This document shows positions 41,182-50,479 of a stretch of DNA of 64,000 bases, piece after piece; positions within the stretch are counted from its first letter, which is position 1, and every line of letters starts with the position of its first letter. The stretch covers positions 448,001 through 512,000 of the forward strand of contig CAWJEN010000006.1 in assembly GCA_963841915.1 (NCBI GenBank). The letters are read 5' to 3'. The position numbers and the translations under genes were made by a program. The DNA is from an uncultured Planctomycetota bacterium. GTDB taxonomy: Bacteria > Planctomycetota > Phycisphaerae > Tepidisphaerales > Tepidisphaeraceae. Below the pieces are notes generated by a model. That model was not told where the DNA came from and searched no databases. It was given only the letters and a program-made list of their open reading frames with translations.

Positions 41182-42480
41182 ATGATCAGCGTGACCGAAA
41201 CGCCGTTACCACCCGCGCCGCTTTGGCTCTCGATCGGGCATTGGTGCCTCGTCGGGCTGTATGTCATCGTGCCGATCGTCGTCATCGGGCTCGCCTGGAG
41301 GCGAAAGGCGTGGCGGAATGACCTTGTCGCCACCGCTGTCGTGGGCTTCGCCATCGGCGTCGGCTTCGTGGCCGCCTACGCCCACCTCGTCGGTGGCAGC
41401 GTCACGCGGTTACGACCCTCGGAGGCGCTGCTGGGCGGTTACCTGGCGATCTCGCTGCTGGCGCTGATCAAGCTGATCGACCTTGCCGTACGACGCCTGG
41501 CGTGGCGGCCGATCGAGCCGATCGTGCGGGATCGAGGCAGCCACGCCAGGCGGTCGGGCAGGGCCGTCGTGACGCTGCTGCGAGCCTTTGCACTGGTTCT
41601 GATTGCGATGCCGCTGCTCGCGGCGGCGACGATGGTCTACCGGCCGAAGGTCACACCCGACCTCGTTCCTCCCGCCGACTACGAAGACGTCCGATTTAGT
41701 GCAAGTGACGGCACCGAAATCGCAGGCTGGTATCTGCCGTCGCGAACGCAGGCGACGTCGGCCGTGCTTGTCGTGCCTGGCCTTGGGTCTGGTAAAGCTG
41801 ACGCACTGCCGGTGGCGCTGGCGATGCTCGACGCCGGGCACAACGTCCTGGTGATCGACCCGCGTGCCCACGGCGACTCGGGTGGACGCCTGACAAGCTT
41901 CGGCGATCGCGGCAGGCTCGATGTCCGCGCCGCTCGGCAATGGCTTGGCGACGAGCGACCCGAGGCAAGCCAAGCTGTTTTCGGCCTCGGCATCAGCATG
42001 GGCGGGGCGGCGTTGTTGTCGTCGCAGGCTCCCTTCGACGCTGTGGCCGTCGTCGACACGTTCGATGATCTGGGCGTCCTGGCCGACGATGTGATCGCCC
42101 GGCAGTTTGCGTTTATTCCCCCGCTTCGGTGGTCGACGCAGCAGAGCGTGCCGTGGCTGGTGAGCCTTCACAACGGCCGGTCGATGGCAGCGTTCCGGCC
42201 GGCCGACTACGCAGCCGAGCTGTGGCCGACGCCGCTTCTGGTGGTGCACAGCCGCGACGACGATCTGATTCCCTTTGCGGCAGGACGCCGGCTGTACGAT
42301 GTGGCGGCGGCGCCGAAGCAGGCTCATTGGCCACGCGGATTGAGCCACCAAGAGGTCTTTGCAGACACCGACGTGCTCAAGGAGATCACGACGTACTTCG
42401 CCAAAGCGGCGAGGTGGCAGCCGGTCGTTCAGGCCGACTTCGTGCAGGCCGACTTCGTGCAGGCCGACTTCAGGCGTTGA
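41182..42480 (+). CDS. Membrane-anchored alpha/beta hydrolase
   Basis: Four N-terminal TM segments; DGTEIAGW, DPRAHGDS, GISMGG nucleophile elbow, VHSRDD, SH. Confidence 0.87.
   Translation: MISVTETPLPPAPLWLSIGHWCLVGLYVIVPIVVIGLAWRRKAWRNDLVATAVVGFAIGVGFVAAYAHLVGGSVTRLRPSEALLGGYLAISLLALIKLIDLAVRRLAWRPIEPIVRDRGSHARRSGRAVVTLLRAFALVLIAMPLLAAATMVYRPKVTPDLVPPADYEDVRFSASDGTEIAGWYLPSRTQATSAVLVVPGLGSGKADALPVALAMLDAGHNVLVIDPRAHGDSGGRLTSFGDRGRLDVRAARQWLGDERPEASQAVFGLGISMGGAALLSSQAPFDAVAVVDTFDDLGVLADDVIARQFAFIPPLRWSTQQSVPWLVSLHNGRSMAAFRPADYAAELWPTPLLVVHSRDDDLIPFAAGRRLYDVAAAPKQAHWPRGLSHQEVFADTDVLKEITTYFAKAARWQPVVQADFVQADFVQADFRR
42430..42471 (+). repeat. 15-bp tandem repeat, 2.8 copies (encodes QADFV)
   Basis: CAGGCCGACTTCGTG x2 plus CAGGCCGACTTC. 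Confidence 0.9.
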
Positions 42481-43843
42481 GTACGATCACCAGCAGGATG
42501 AGGTTGATCACCACGCTGGCGGCGGCGACGACGGCGGCGACGATGAACTCAGGTCGCTCCCATACGCGGCCGGGTGGCGGCGTCACGTCGACCGTGTGCT
42601 GCCGGGCAGCCTGTTCCATCTCGGCCAGCGTGCCGAAGTCGACGGCACGACGGGCAAATCGCGGGGCCTCGCCGCCTACGACGAGGCGAAGATCTTCGAG
42701 CATCTGGTCGGCGTCCTGATATCGCTCCTCGCGGTTCTTGCCCATCGAGTACTCAACGATCTCGCTGATCCCGGCCCCGAGAGCGACGTTAAGATGATCG
42801 GGTGGCGTCAACTCGTCCCGCAGGTGCTTGTGCATGACCGCCGTCGGCGAATCACCGTCGAACGGCGGTCGGCCCGTCACGAGGTGGTAAAGCGTCGCAC
42901 CGAGGCTGTACAGGTCGGCACGGTGATCGACGTCGACATCGCCGCGGATCTGCTCGGGGCTGATGTAGTACGGCGTGCCGTAGGCCTTGCCCGCTTCGCC
43001 TTCGGCGGCGGCTTTGTCGCTGACATCGCGGGCCAAGCCCAAGTCCGTCAGCTTCGCCTGACCCTTGGGCGTCAGGATGATGTTCTTCGGCTTGACGTCG
43101 CGGTGGACGAGGCCCTTGTGGTGCGCATGGGCTAGCGCATCAGCCATCTGTATCGTGATGTCGAGCGCTTCGGCTTCGCTGAAGTTGCGACCCTCGCCCA
43201 CCGGTGGTGGCTGCATGATGTCGTAGAGCGTCTTGCCCTCGAGGTACTCCATTACGAAGTAGTGCCTGCCGTCGGGCGTCTCGCCGACGTCGATCGCCTG
43301 CACGATGTTGTTGTGCGACAAGCGGGCGGCGGCCTGACCTTCCTTGTAGAACCGCTCGACGAAGTCTGGGTCGCGACTGCTCCGTTCGGGTAGGACCTTG
43401 AGTGCAACGATGCGGTCGAGCGAAATCTGGCGGGCCTTGTAGACCGTCGCCATCGCGCCGCGGCCCAGCTGGCCCATCAGCTCGAATCCCGGCACCTGAC
43501 CGGCCCGCCGCTGCTCGGCCCGCTTGCGAATTCGCTCGGCCTGCACCTCGGTCAGCAGCTTGCGACTGACGAGAATGTCGGTCAGCGTCCGCTGACTCGG
43601 ATCGCTCTCTGCGTTGGCATTGCGGAGCTGATCGCGAGCGTCCTCGAGCTCACCGGCCGTGATGATGCCGAGTTCAACGACGGCCTTGCCGATTTCGCTG
43701 TCGGTCTTGTGCACGCCGAACGTTTCACTCGATCGGAGCGAGGCGGTGTCGGTTCCGCGGCTTTGGGCGGCCTTGGAGCCGGAGCCGCCCGCGGGCGACG
43801 AGCCGGTCTTGTGGTCTGCGGAAGCAGTCGAAGCGGTCGGCAT
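42470..43843 (-). CDS. Ser/Thr protein kinase (Hanks type) with C-terminal TM
   Basis: LGRGAMATV, VALK, HRDVKPKN, DLGLAR, GTPYYISPEQ, DLYSLG. Confidence 0.95.
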   Translation of the reverse strand: MPTASTASADHKTGSSPAGGSGSKAAQSRGTDTASLRSSETFGVHKTDSEIGKAVVELGIITAGELEDARDQLRNANAESDPSQRTLTDILVSRKLLTEVQAERIRKRAEQRRAGQVPGFELMGQLGRGAMATVYKARQISLDRIVALKVLPERSSRDPDFVERFYKEGQAAARLSHNNIVQAIDVGETPDGRHYFVMEYLEGKTLYDIMQPPPVGEGRNFSEAEALDITIQMADALAHAHHKGLVHRDVKPKNIILTPKGQAKLTDLGLARDVSDKAAAEGEAGKAYGTPYYISPEQIRGDVDVDHRADLYSLGATLYHLVTGRPPFDGDSPTAVMHKHLRDELTPPDHLNVALGAGISEIVEYSMGKNREERYQDADQMLEDLRLVVGGEAPRFARRAVDFGTLAEMEQAARQHTVDVTPPPGRVWERPEFIVAAVVAAASVVINLILLVIVLNA

Positions 43844-44010
43844 GATCGACGGTCGTCGCGTTGGGGTAAAAGCTGGTGCGACGCCTTCTAGCGGGCGGTG
43901 GCGGTCCGCATTAGTGCTGAAACTCTCGCTGATGTCAAGGCTGTAGGTTGAATAGGCCGCGGCTTTGGGTGTGCGGGATGCCGAACTCCTGGACTGTTCC
44001 GAAAGGGCGG

Positions 44011-44039
44011 TTGACCCTGCCGCGGGAGTTGGGAATGAT
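44011..44039 (+). promoter_or_regulatory. Putative sigma-70 promoter for tRNA-His/hisF
   Basis: TTGACC-17 nt-AATGAT. Confidence 0.4.
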
Positions 44040-44071
44040 GTCGACCGGCCGACGGACTGTTGGCCCGAGAC

Positions 44072-44146
44072 GGTAGATGTAGCTCAGTTGGTTAGAGCGC
44101 CGCGTTGTGGTCGCGGAGGTCGCGGGTTCGAGTCCCGTCATTTACC
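44072..44146 (+). tRNA. tRNA-His(GTG)
   Basis: Encoded G-1; GTAGATG/CATTTAC stem; CCGCG-TTGTGGT-CGCGG anticodon arm; GTTCGAG; C discriminator. Confidence 0.95.
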
Positions 44147-44176
44147 CTTTGGCTGTAGCCATCAGTTGATACGGAC

Positions 44177-44947
44177 ATGTTGCTCAAACGGATCATCCCG
44201 TGTCTGGATTGTGATGCGGGACGTGTGGTCAAGGGCGTCCGATTTCAGGGCATCCGTGACGTGGGCGATCCGGTCGACATTGCAAAGCGCTACGAGGCCG
44301 ACGGGGCGGACGAGCTGGTTTTCTACGACATCACTGCCAGCCACGAGGGTCGCGGCATCATGGCCGACCTTGTGCGGGACGTCTGCGACAGCGTCTTCAT
44401 GCCGATCACGGTCGGCGGCGGGATTCGCACGGCCGACGATGCCGGCCGACTGATCCAGGCGGGTGCCGAGAAGGTGAGCCTCAATTCTGCCGCTGTCACG
44501 CGTCCTGAGTTGATTCGCGAAGTCGCCGATCGTTTCGGGACATGCGCCACAGTGCTCGGCCTCGACGCCAACCGGGTCCAGACGCCAGACGGCGAGGTGT
44601 GGCATGTTTTCGTCAACGGCGGCAGAAAAGACACCGGCCGAGACGTGGTTGAATGGGCCCTTGAGGCCGAAGCCCTTGGCGCCGGCGAAATCGTCTTGAA
44701 CTGCATGACCGCCGACGGCACGACGGGCGGTTACGACCTCGAGATGACGCGTGTGGTGAGCGACGCAGTGAGCGTTCCAGTAGTCGCCAGCGGCGGCGCG
44801 GGTGGCCCGGAGGATCTGTACGACGTGCTGACCGAAGGCCATGCCGACGCGGCCTTGGCGGCGAGCATCTTCCACTTCGGCACGCACCCGGTTCCGGCGG
44901 TGAAGGCGTACCTCGCCGACCGCGGCGTGGCGGTGCGGGTCATCTAA
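44177..44947 (+). CDS. hisF: Imidazole glycerol phosphate synthase cyclase subunit
   Basis: KRIIPCLD, GADELVFYDITAS, TVGGGIR, GAGEI, ASGGAG, ALAASIFH. Confidence 0.97.
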   Translation: MLLKRIIPCLDCDAGRVVKGVRFQGIRDVGDPVDIAKRYEADGADELVFYDITASHEGRGIMADLVRDVCDSVFMPITVGGGIRTADDAGRLIQAGAEKVSLNSAAVTRPELIREVADRFGTCATVLGLDANRVQTPDGEVWHVFVNGGRKDTGRDVVEWALEAEALGAGEIVLNCMTADGTTGGYDLEMTRVVSDAVSVPVVASGGAGGPEDLYDVLTEGHADAALAASIFHFGTHPVPAVKAYLADRGVAVRVI

Positions 44948-44971
44948 AAACCTCGACCTGCCGCATCTCCT

Positions 44972-45883
44972 CTAATTGTGTGCAAGCTTCAGGCGTAGGC
45001 CAGAGATCAGCATCGACAGTTGCAGGACGACCGCCATCAGGCAAGTGGCGAGCAAGGCGATCATCAGGACGAAGAGCGGAATGAACAAGATGCACCACCA
45101 CGTCGAGCGGCTGCCGCCCGCTGCGGCCAGGATGATGAACAGGCAGACCCAGAGGATGCCGTCCTGAGCGTGCTTCAGCGTGCCGAATTGGCGGCTTTCC
45201 TTGTCGGCAATGTCCGTCAGAAAGCGACCTTGCCAGCGACCATCAGCGCGAAGTGCGCGAGCCCGCTCGATCGCGAGACTCAGGCGGCCGAACCGGTCCC
45301 AGTAGCGGGGGATTCGCCACGAACCCGCGGCGAGCAGCAGGCACCCGATCATCGCGAGCGGAAGCGGCGACTTATTGGGCAACAGGGCCGTCTCGATGAA
45401 GACAAAAAACACGCCCACGACGGTGAGGATCTCGAAGATCGCCTCTGGCGAACGCCTCGGCAACTGGTTGCCGACGAGACGAACAAGCAGCGCGCCGGCC
45501 ACTAGACGGCAGAGAAGCGCCGTTGCGATCAAGCCGCACGCGGTCACGTTGATCGTCCCGTACTTGCCGAATGCCTTGTTCAGATCTGCGTGAGCGAGGA
45601 GCAGATAGAGCCCACCCGCAAAGGCTGTCAGCGTGCCTGTCACCGAGACTGCGGCAAAAGCGACGGCGAGAAGCTGATCACGCTGTGGAAGATGCCACGC
45701 ATCGCCTAGCGCGAATCTGCCGCGAGGCTGATAGACGGTCGAGATGTCCAAGCCACATTCTGGACAACGTCCGCCGGCCGGCATGCCGCGAAGGTCGTAG
45801 TCGCACTGCAGGCAGACGGTTCCGGCCGGCACGACGTGATCGTCGGGCGGAGGATGCGCGGAGTCCGTTGCCTCGCCTGTCAC
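44972..45883 (-). CDS. Membrane protein with N-terminal zinc ribbon
   Basis: CLQCDYDLRG...CPECG followed by about six TM segments. Confidence 0.75.
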   Translation of the reverse strand: MTGEATDSAHPPPDDHVVPAGTVCLQCDYDLRGMPAGGRCPECGLDISTVYQPRGRFALGDAWHLPQRDQLLAVAFAAVSVTGTLTAFAGGLYLLLAHADLNKAFGKYGTINVTACGLIATALLCRLVAGALLVRLVGNQLPRRSPEAIFEILTVVGVFFVFIETALLPNKSPLPLAMIGCLLLAAGSWRIPRYWDRFGRLSLAIERARALRADGRWQGRFLTDIADKESRQFGTLKHAQDGILWVCLFIILAAAGGSRSTWWCILFIPLFVLMIALLATCLMAVVLQLSMLISGLRLKLAHN

Positions 45884-45892
45884 GGGAGCAGG

Positions 45893-46813
45893 TTAACCGG
45901 CAGAGTGGTCTGTGGCAGCAGTCGTGTCCTGCGGCCCCAACCTTCGGCGGCGGGCGAGCGTCCGGTGTGTCAACGCCGCCAACCGCAGGTGCAGGATCAT
46001 GGCGATCAGCCAGAAGGCGATGCCGCAAAAGAAGGAGACGATGGCGACGCCTTCCAACCAGCCTGACCTGATGATTCGGTCAAAGGCAAGAACGTATGCG
46101 GCAAATCCGAGCAGAATGAGGAGGAAGCCGATCCACGCGACCCACAACCGAATCTGCGTCGGTCGGAGTCCCGGAGGCAAGTGGCGGCCGTGCTGCTCGA
46201 TGGCCGCCGCCTTCCTTGCAGTGAGCGTCCAGATGTCGAGGTAGTAGAGCCAGACTGGCAAGGCCGAGACGAGCACGAGGCTGACCATCCAACAATCGAC
46301 CAGTTCCTGCGACACATGACGATCAGTGGTTCGGGCCAGCCACATCAGACTCGACCACACGCCTGCCAAACCGGCTGTGCCGAGGATCGCCATGACTTTC
46401 GCCCGGGTCGGGAGGTTCGGGTACGGCACGACCATCAGGCGGACGGCGCGAGTTATTCGATTGATGGCGAGCATGCCGCTGAAGAAGAACACGGCGGCGG
46501 CCATCGCCACGACGCGGAGTGGCAGCGGGAGCGACTTGCCATCGTCCCAAATAGGGATGAATGTCACGATCGGCGGCAGGGCGATGGCCGCGAGGCCGGC
46601 GACAGCGGCAATCATCATCCAGAAGCTGCCCGATCGAGCCAAACTGATTGTTGCCGGCGATGCAGGTTGCACCACCGGCCCGAGTGAGGACCGGACGGGC
46701 AAGCCGCACTCGGGGCACAGGCCGCGTTCGGACGTGGCGCGGAGGTCATACCCGCATCTCGCACAAGAGATGCCGCGTGTCGCGAGCTTCGGTTGTGGGT
46801 CGGGCTCGGGCAT
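45893..46813 (-). CDS. Membrane protein with N-terminal zinc ribbon (paralog of the adjacent gene)
   Basis: CARCGYDLRA...CPECG followed by about six TM segments. Confidence 0.75.
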   Translation of the reverse strand: MPEPDPQPKLATRGISCARCGYDLRATSERGLCPECGLPVRSSLGPVVQPASPATISLARSGSFWMMIAAVAGLAAIALPPIVTFIPIWDDGKSLPLPLRVVAMAAAVFFFSGMLAINRITRAVRLMVVPYPNLPTRAKVMAILGTAGLAGVWSSLMWLARTTDRHVSQELVDCWMVSLVLVSALPVWLYYLDIWTLTARKAAAIEQHGRHLPPGLRPTQIRLWVAWIGFLLILLGFAAYVLAFDRIIRSGWLEGVAIVSFFCGIAFWLIAMILHLRLAALTHRTLARRRRLGPQDTTAATDHSAG

Positions 46814-46897
46814 GGACTCAGACGAATCTATTGCTCATGCTCCATCTCAACAAGCTCCCGCGACGCGGCATCCGGCTTGCACCACTAGTGTGGAACA

Positions 46898-47383
46898 ATG
46901 GCAAAACAATACAACTCACCGCCGGAACAAACGATCGACTCCAGCAAGCAGTACTCGGCCTCCATGAAGACCAACCGCGGCACGATCGAGATCGAGCTCT
47001 TCGCCGCTGATGCGCCCGAGACGGTCAACAACTTCGTCTTCCTCGCGCAGGACGGCTTCTACGACGGTGTGGCGTTCCACCGCGTCATCCCGGACTTCAT
47101 GGTGCAAGGCGGTGACCCGACCGGAACCGGTAGCGGCGGCCCGGGGTACAAGTTTGCCGACGAGAAGGCGGCGCTCAAGCTCAAGCACAAGGGTCCGGGC
47201 ACGCTCTCGATGGCCAACGCCGGCCCGAACACCAACGGCAGCCAGTTCTTCATCACGCACGTCGCCACCGACTGGCTCGACGGCAAGCACGCCGTCTTCG
47301 GCAAGGTGACCGAAGGTCAAGACATCGTCGACAGCATTCAGCAGGGCGACACGATCGACACCGTTGAAATCAAGACTGCCTGA
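46898..47383 (+). CDS. Cyclophilin-type peptidyl-prolyl isomerase (cytoplasmic)
   Basis: [38 protein letters not shown]. Confidence 0.96.
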   Translation: MAKQYNSPPEQTIDSSKQYSASMKTNRGTIEIELFAADAPETVNNFVFLAQDGFYDGVAFHRVIPDFMVQGGDPTGTGSGGPGYKFADEKAALKLKHKGPGTLSMANAGPNTNGSQFFITHVATDWLDGKHAVFGKVTEGQDIVDSIQQGDTIDTVEIKTA

Positions 47384-47394
47384 ACCCGCACATC

Positions 47395-48060
47395 ATGAAT
47401 AGCAAAACCTTTAAGACTCTTTCGCTCGCGGGCGTTGCGATGATGGCTGTCTCCTGCGGCGACGCCGCGGGGCAGCCCTCGCCCGACGCCGCCAAGCCGC
47501 AGGCCGCCAAGCAATACGATGCGCCGCCACCGATGACGATCGATGCCGCTAAAGATTACTCGGCCAAGATCGTGACGAACCTCGGCAGCTTCACCGTCGA
47601 CCTCTTCGAGGCCGACGCGCCTGTTACCGTCAACAACTTCGTCTTCCTCGCCGGCGAAGACTTCTACGACGGGGTCATCTTCCACCGTGTCATCGACCGC
47701 TTCATGATCCAGGGCGGTGATCCGACCGGTACCGGCATGGGTGGCCCCGGGTACCAGTTCCAGGACGAGACTCGCGGCAACAAGCAGCAGCACGAGCCGT
47801 TCACCCTTTCCATGGCCAACTCGGGTCCGAACACCAACGGCAGCCAGTTCTTCGTCACCGAAGTCGCCACCGGCCACCTCGACGGCCGTCACACCGTCTT
47901 CGGACGCGTGACCGAGGGCAAGGACATCGTCGAGAAGATCAGCGACGTTCGCGTTGGCAGGGGCGACAAACCGGTCGAGGACGTTGTCATGCAGGACGTC
48001 ATCATCATGGTCGACGGCGAGCCGATGAACGGCGGGAAGCCGACGACGCAACCATCCTGA
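47395..48060 (+). CDS. Cyclophilin-type peptidyl-prolyl isomerase, lipoprotein
   Basis: Lipobox [36 protein letters not shown]. Confidence 0.95.
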   Translation: MNSKTFKTLSLAGVAMMAVSCGDAAGQPSPDAAKPQAAKQYDAPPPMTIDAAKDYSAKIVTNLGSFTVDLFEADAPVTVNNFVFLAGEDFYDGVIFHRVIDRFMIQGGDPTGTGMGGPGYQFQDETRGNKQQHEPFTLSMANSGPNTNGSQFFVTEVATGHLDGRHTVFGRVTEGKDIVEKISDVRVGRGDKPVEDVVMQDVIIMVDGEPMNGGKPTTQPS

Positions 48061-48085
48061 TCACTGGGATCTTGAGCAAAACTGA

Positions 48086-48117
48086 AAAGGCCCGGCAGTT
48101 CGCACTGCCGGGCCTTT
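48086..48117. terminator. Bidirectional intrinsic terminator
   Basis: AAAGGCCCGGCAGT-TCGC-ACTGCCGGGCCTTT between convergent genes. Confidence 0.85.
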
Positions 48118-48136
48118 GTCATGTCTTGAGCGACGG

Positions 48137-49012
48137 CTACTGAGCCGAGGCCTGTGCGTCACGCTCGGCGATGAGCTTGGGGATCAGCGTCTCGAGCTGG
48201 CCGCGAGCCTCGGTGCTGTGGAGCTTGCCTTCGGCGTCGATGATGAACAGCTGTGGGATGGCGTTGACGCCCCACGACTTGCTGAACTCGCTCTGCCAGC
48301 CGTTGCCTTGGTAGTACTGCGGCCAGGCGATGTCGTTTTCCTCGACATAGGCCATGAGCTTGTCCTTACCGCCTTCTGCCTCGGGGGCGTCGAGGCTGAC
48401 ACCGATGAACTCGACGCCTTGATCTTTGTACTCGGCGTAGAGCTTCTTCATCTTGGGCATCTCGGCGATGCACGGGCCACACCACGTGGCCCAGAAGTCG
48501 ATAACGACGACCTTGCCGGCGAGGTCCTCCTGCAGGCTCATTTCTTCGTCACTGCGCAGGGGCGTGAAGGTGAGCTCGAAGGGTTGGCCGATCTTCTCCA
48601 TCTGCTTCATGCCGGCCTTGGCCATGACAGCAAATTCGCTCTCGGGGTGCAGCTCGACAAGCTTGCCGAGGTAAGCGGACTTCTCCTCAGTCTCTTCGGC
48701 GTAGTCGCCCAAAACGTAGAGCAGCTGGGCTGACCGCTCGTCTTCGGGGTAGGCCTCAACGAACAGCTCAGCGGCGGCGAGTGCCTGGGGCAGATCGGTC
48801 GCCGCCTGCACACCGGCGTAGAGCGCTTCGGCCGACTTTTTGGCCTCAGTGGCCGGCTGCGTCGACGGCGCGTCGGCCTCCGTGCTGATGTCCATCATCG
48901 CCTCTTTGGCCGATGGAGCGTCGCAGCAGCTGTCGCCGGCGTGGACGGTGGAAACGAGCAGGGCCGCGGTGGCGGCGGAGGCGAGCAGAATCTTCGGGTT
49001 CACAAACGTCAT
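48137..49012 (-). CDS. TlpA-family thiol:disulfide redoxin, secreted
   Basis: Signal peptide; DFWATWCGPC; GVSLD; AIP; start at Met 49012. Confidence 0.92.
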   Translation of the reverse strand: MTFVNPKILLASAATAALLVSTVHAGDSCCDAPSAKEAMMDISTEADAPSTQPATEAKKSAEALYAGVQAATDLPQALAAAELFVEAYPEDERSAQLLYVLGDYAEETEEKSAYLGKLVELHPESEFAVMAKAGMKQMEKIGQPFELTFTPLRSDEEMSLQEDLAGKVVVIDFWATWCGPCIAEMPKMKKLYAEYKDQGVEFIGVSLDAPEAEGGKDKLMAYVEENDIAWPQYYQGNGWQSEFSKSWGVNAIPQLFIIDAEGKLHSTEARGQLETLIPKLIAERDAQASAQ

Positions 49013-49118
49013 GGGGTCCTTTCGGGCAGGTAGGTTGTTGACCCTATTCAAGACACACAAACGCCGCCGACGTCGCAACGCCGGCGGCAGATTTTCGGAC
49101 CACCTGCTGTGCCACGCC

Positions 49119-50150
49119 TCAGGCGCGACGGAGGCTCTCGAGGTACCGACCCGACTTGCCAAGACTGCGACGGCGGATCGCGTCGATGATCTCGTGCACG
49201 CGACTGTTCAGATTCGGGTCGGCGAGCATCGCCTCCATCTTGACGCTCATCGGGGCCTTCTTGCTCACAAACAACTTGCGGGCAGCGACCTCAAGGGCGG
49301 CGATGTCTTCCTCGCTGATCTTGCCGCTGCGACGCAGGCCGATGATGTTGACGGCCCGGATGCGGTCTTCCTGGTCGACCTTGACATAGGGCGGCACGTC
49401 GACGTGGACCTGCGAATACCCGCCGACGAAGGCAAAGTTACCGATCGTTACGAAGTGGTGCACTGCGCTGCCGCCCATCATCGAGACGTAGTCGTTGATG
49501 ACGACGTGCCCGGCCAGCATGACGTTGTTGCCGATGATGCATCGGCTACCAATGGAGGCATCGTGACCGACGTGGGCGCCGACCATGATGAGGTTGTGGC
49601 TACCGACGCGGGTCGTGCCACCACCGGTGGACGTGCCGGTGTGGATCGTGACGTGCTCGCGGATCTCGTTGCCGTCACCGACGATGAGGTAGGTCTTCTC
49701 GCCGGCGAACTTCTTGTCTTGCGGGTCACCACCGGTCACCGAGTACGGGTGGAAGGTGTTGTCGCTGCCACAGGTCGTGTTCCCGATGACGGTCGCGTGG
49801 GGCAACAGGCGGCAACCCGGGCCGAGGGTGACCTTCGGGCCGACGACGCAGAACGGGCCGATTTCGACATCTGGGGCGATGTCGGCACGCGGATCGACGT
49901 ACGCAAGCGGGCTGATGCGTGGGGAAGCGACATCGTCGTCACCCCATGGCTTACCCGTGTCGGCTACGCCGTCCATGTCCCGTCGGACGGGCCGACGGAG
50001 CTTGCGGCGGAGCCGGCTGGCGCGACCACCGACCAGCACCGGGTCTGCTCCGGCCTCACGGCTGGTGGCGTACGGCACGGTGTCGTCGGAGCGGTGCTCA
50101 GAGTCGCCGGAGAAGAAGTAACCGGTCAGGCTATCGAGAATCTTGGCCAT
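49119..50150 (-). CDS. lpxA: UDP-N-acetylglucosamine acyltransferase (start uncertain: 49976, 50150 or 50330)
   Basis: Hexapeptide repeats; PQDKKF; IREHVTIHTGT; HVGHD; LAGHV; DVPPY; NIIGLRR. Confidence 0.93.
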   Translation of the reverse strand: MAKILDSLTGYFFSGDSEHRSDDTVPYATSREAGADPVLVGGRASRLRRKLRRPVRRDMDGVADTGKPWGDDDVASPRISPLAYVDPRADIAPDVEIGPFCVVGPKVTLGPGCRLLPHATVIGNTTCGSDNTFHPYSVTGGDPQDKKFAGEKTYLIVGDGNEIREHVTIHTGTSTGGGTTRVGSHNLIMVGAHVGHDASIGSRCIIGNNVMLAGHVVINDYVSMMGGSAVHHFVTIGNFAFVGGYSQVHVDVPPYVKVDQEDRIRAVNIIGLRRSGKISEEDIAALEVAARKLFVSKKAPMSVKMEAMLADPNLNSRVHEIIDAIRRRSLGKSGRYLESLRRA

Positions 50151-50479
50151 GGCGTGGGCCGCCGGAGGAAGGTGGCGGTCCTTGGGAGCCGTTGTACCAG
50201 CTTTGGCTGCTCGGGGTTCACTGCAAATCGTCTTCGGACGAAGCAACGATCTCCCGGCGACCTGACTGTGCCCCGAGGGGCGGTCAGCGGCTTCCGAAAA
50301 AAGGGTACCAGCAGTCGGGGCAGTTGTCATGGCGATCTCGGGCTTTCGGTCCAGGACAGGTGTTTCGACGCGACAACACGTCTCACCCGGCAAGGTCCAA
50401 TAACGCGTTGTGCTCTGCTGACATCGGCCACATGCCTCGCCCGTCACCAGCGGCGACACATTGACACCTGCTGCACGAT

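Noticed and set aside
31683..43970. 14-bp match CCGCGGCTTTGGGT at 31683 and 43957
   Set aside because: Too short to be significant in GC-rich DNA; no integrase or island signature.
41056..44146. Genomic island between tRNA-Arg and tRNA-His
   Set aside because: No integrase, no duplicated tRNA 3' end, and ordinary gene content.
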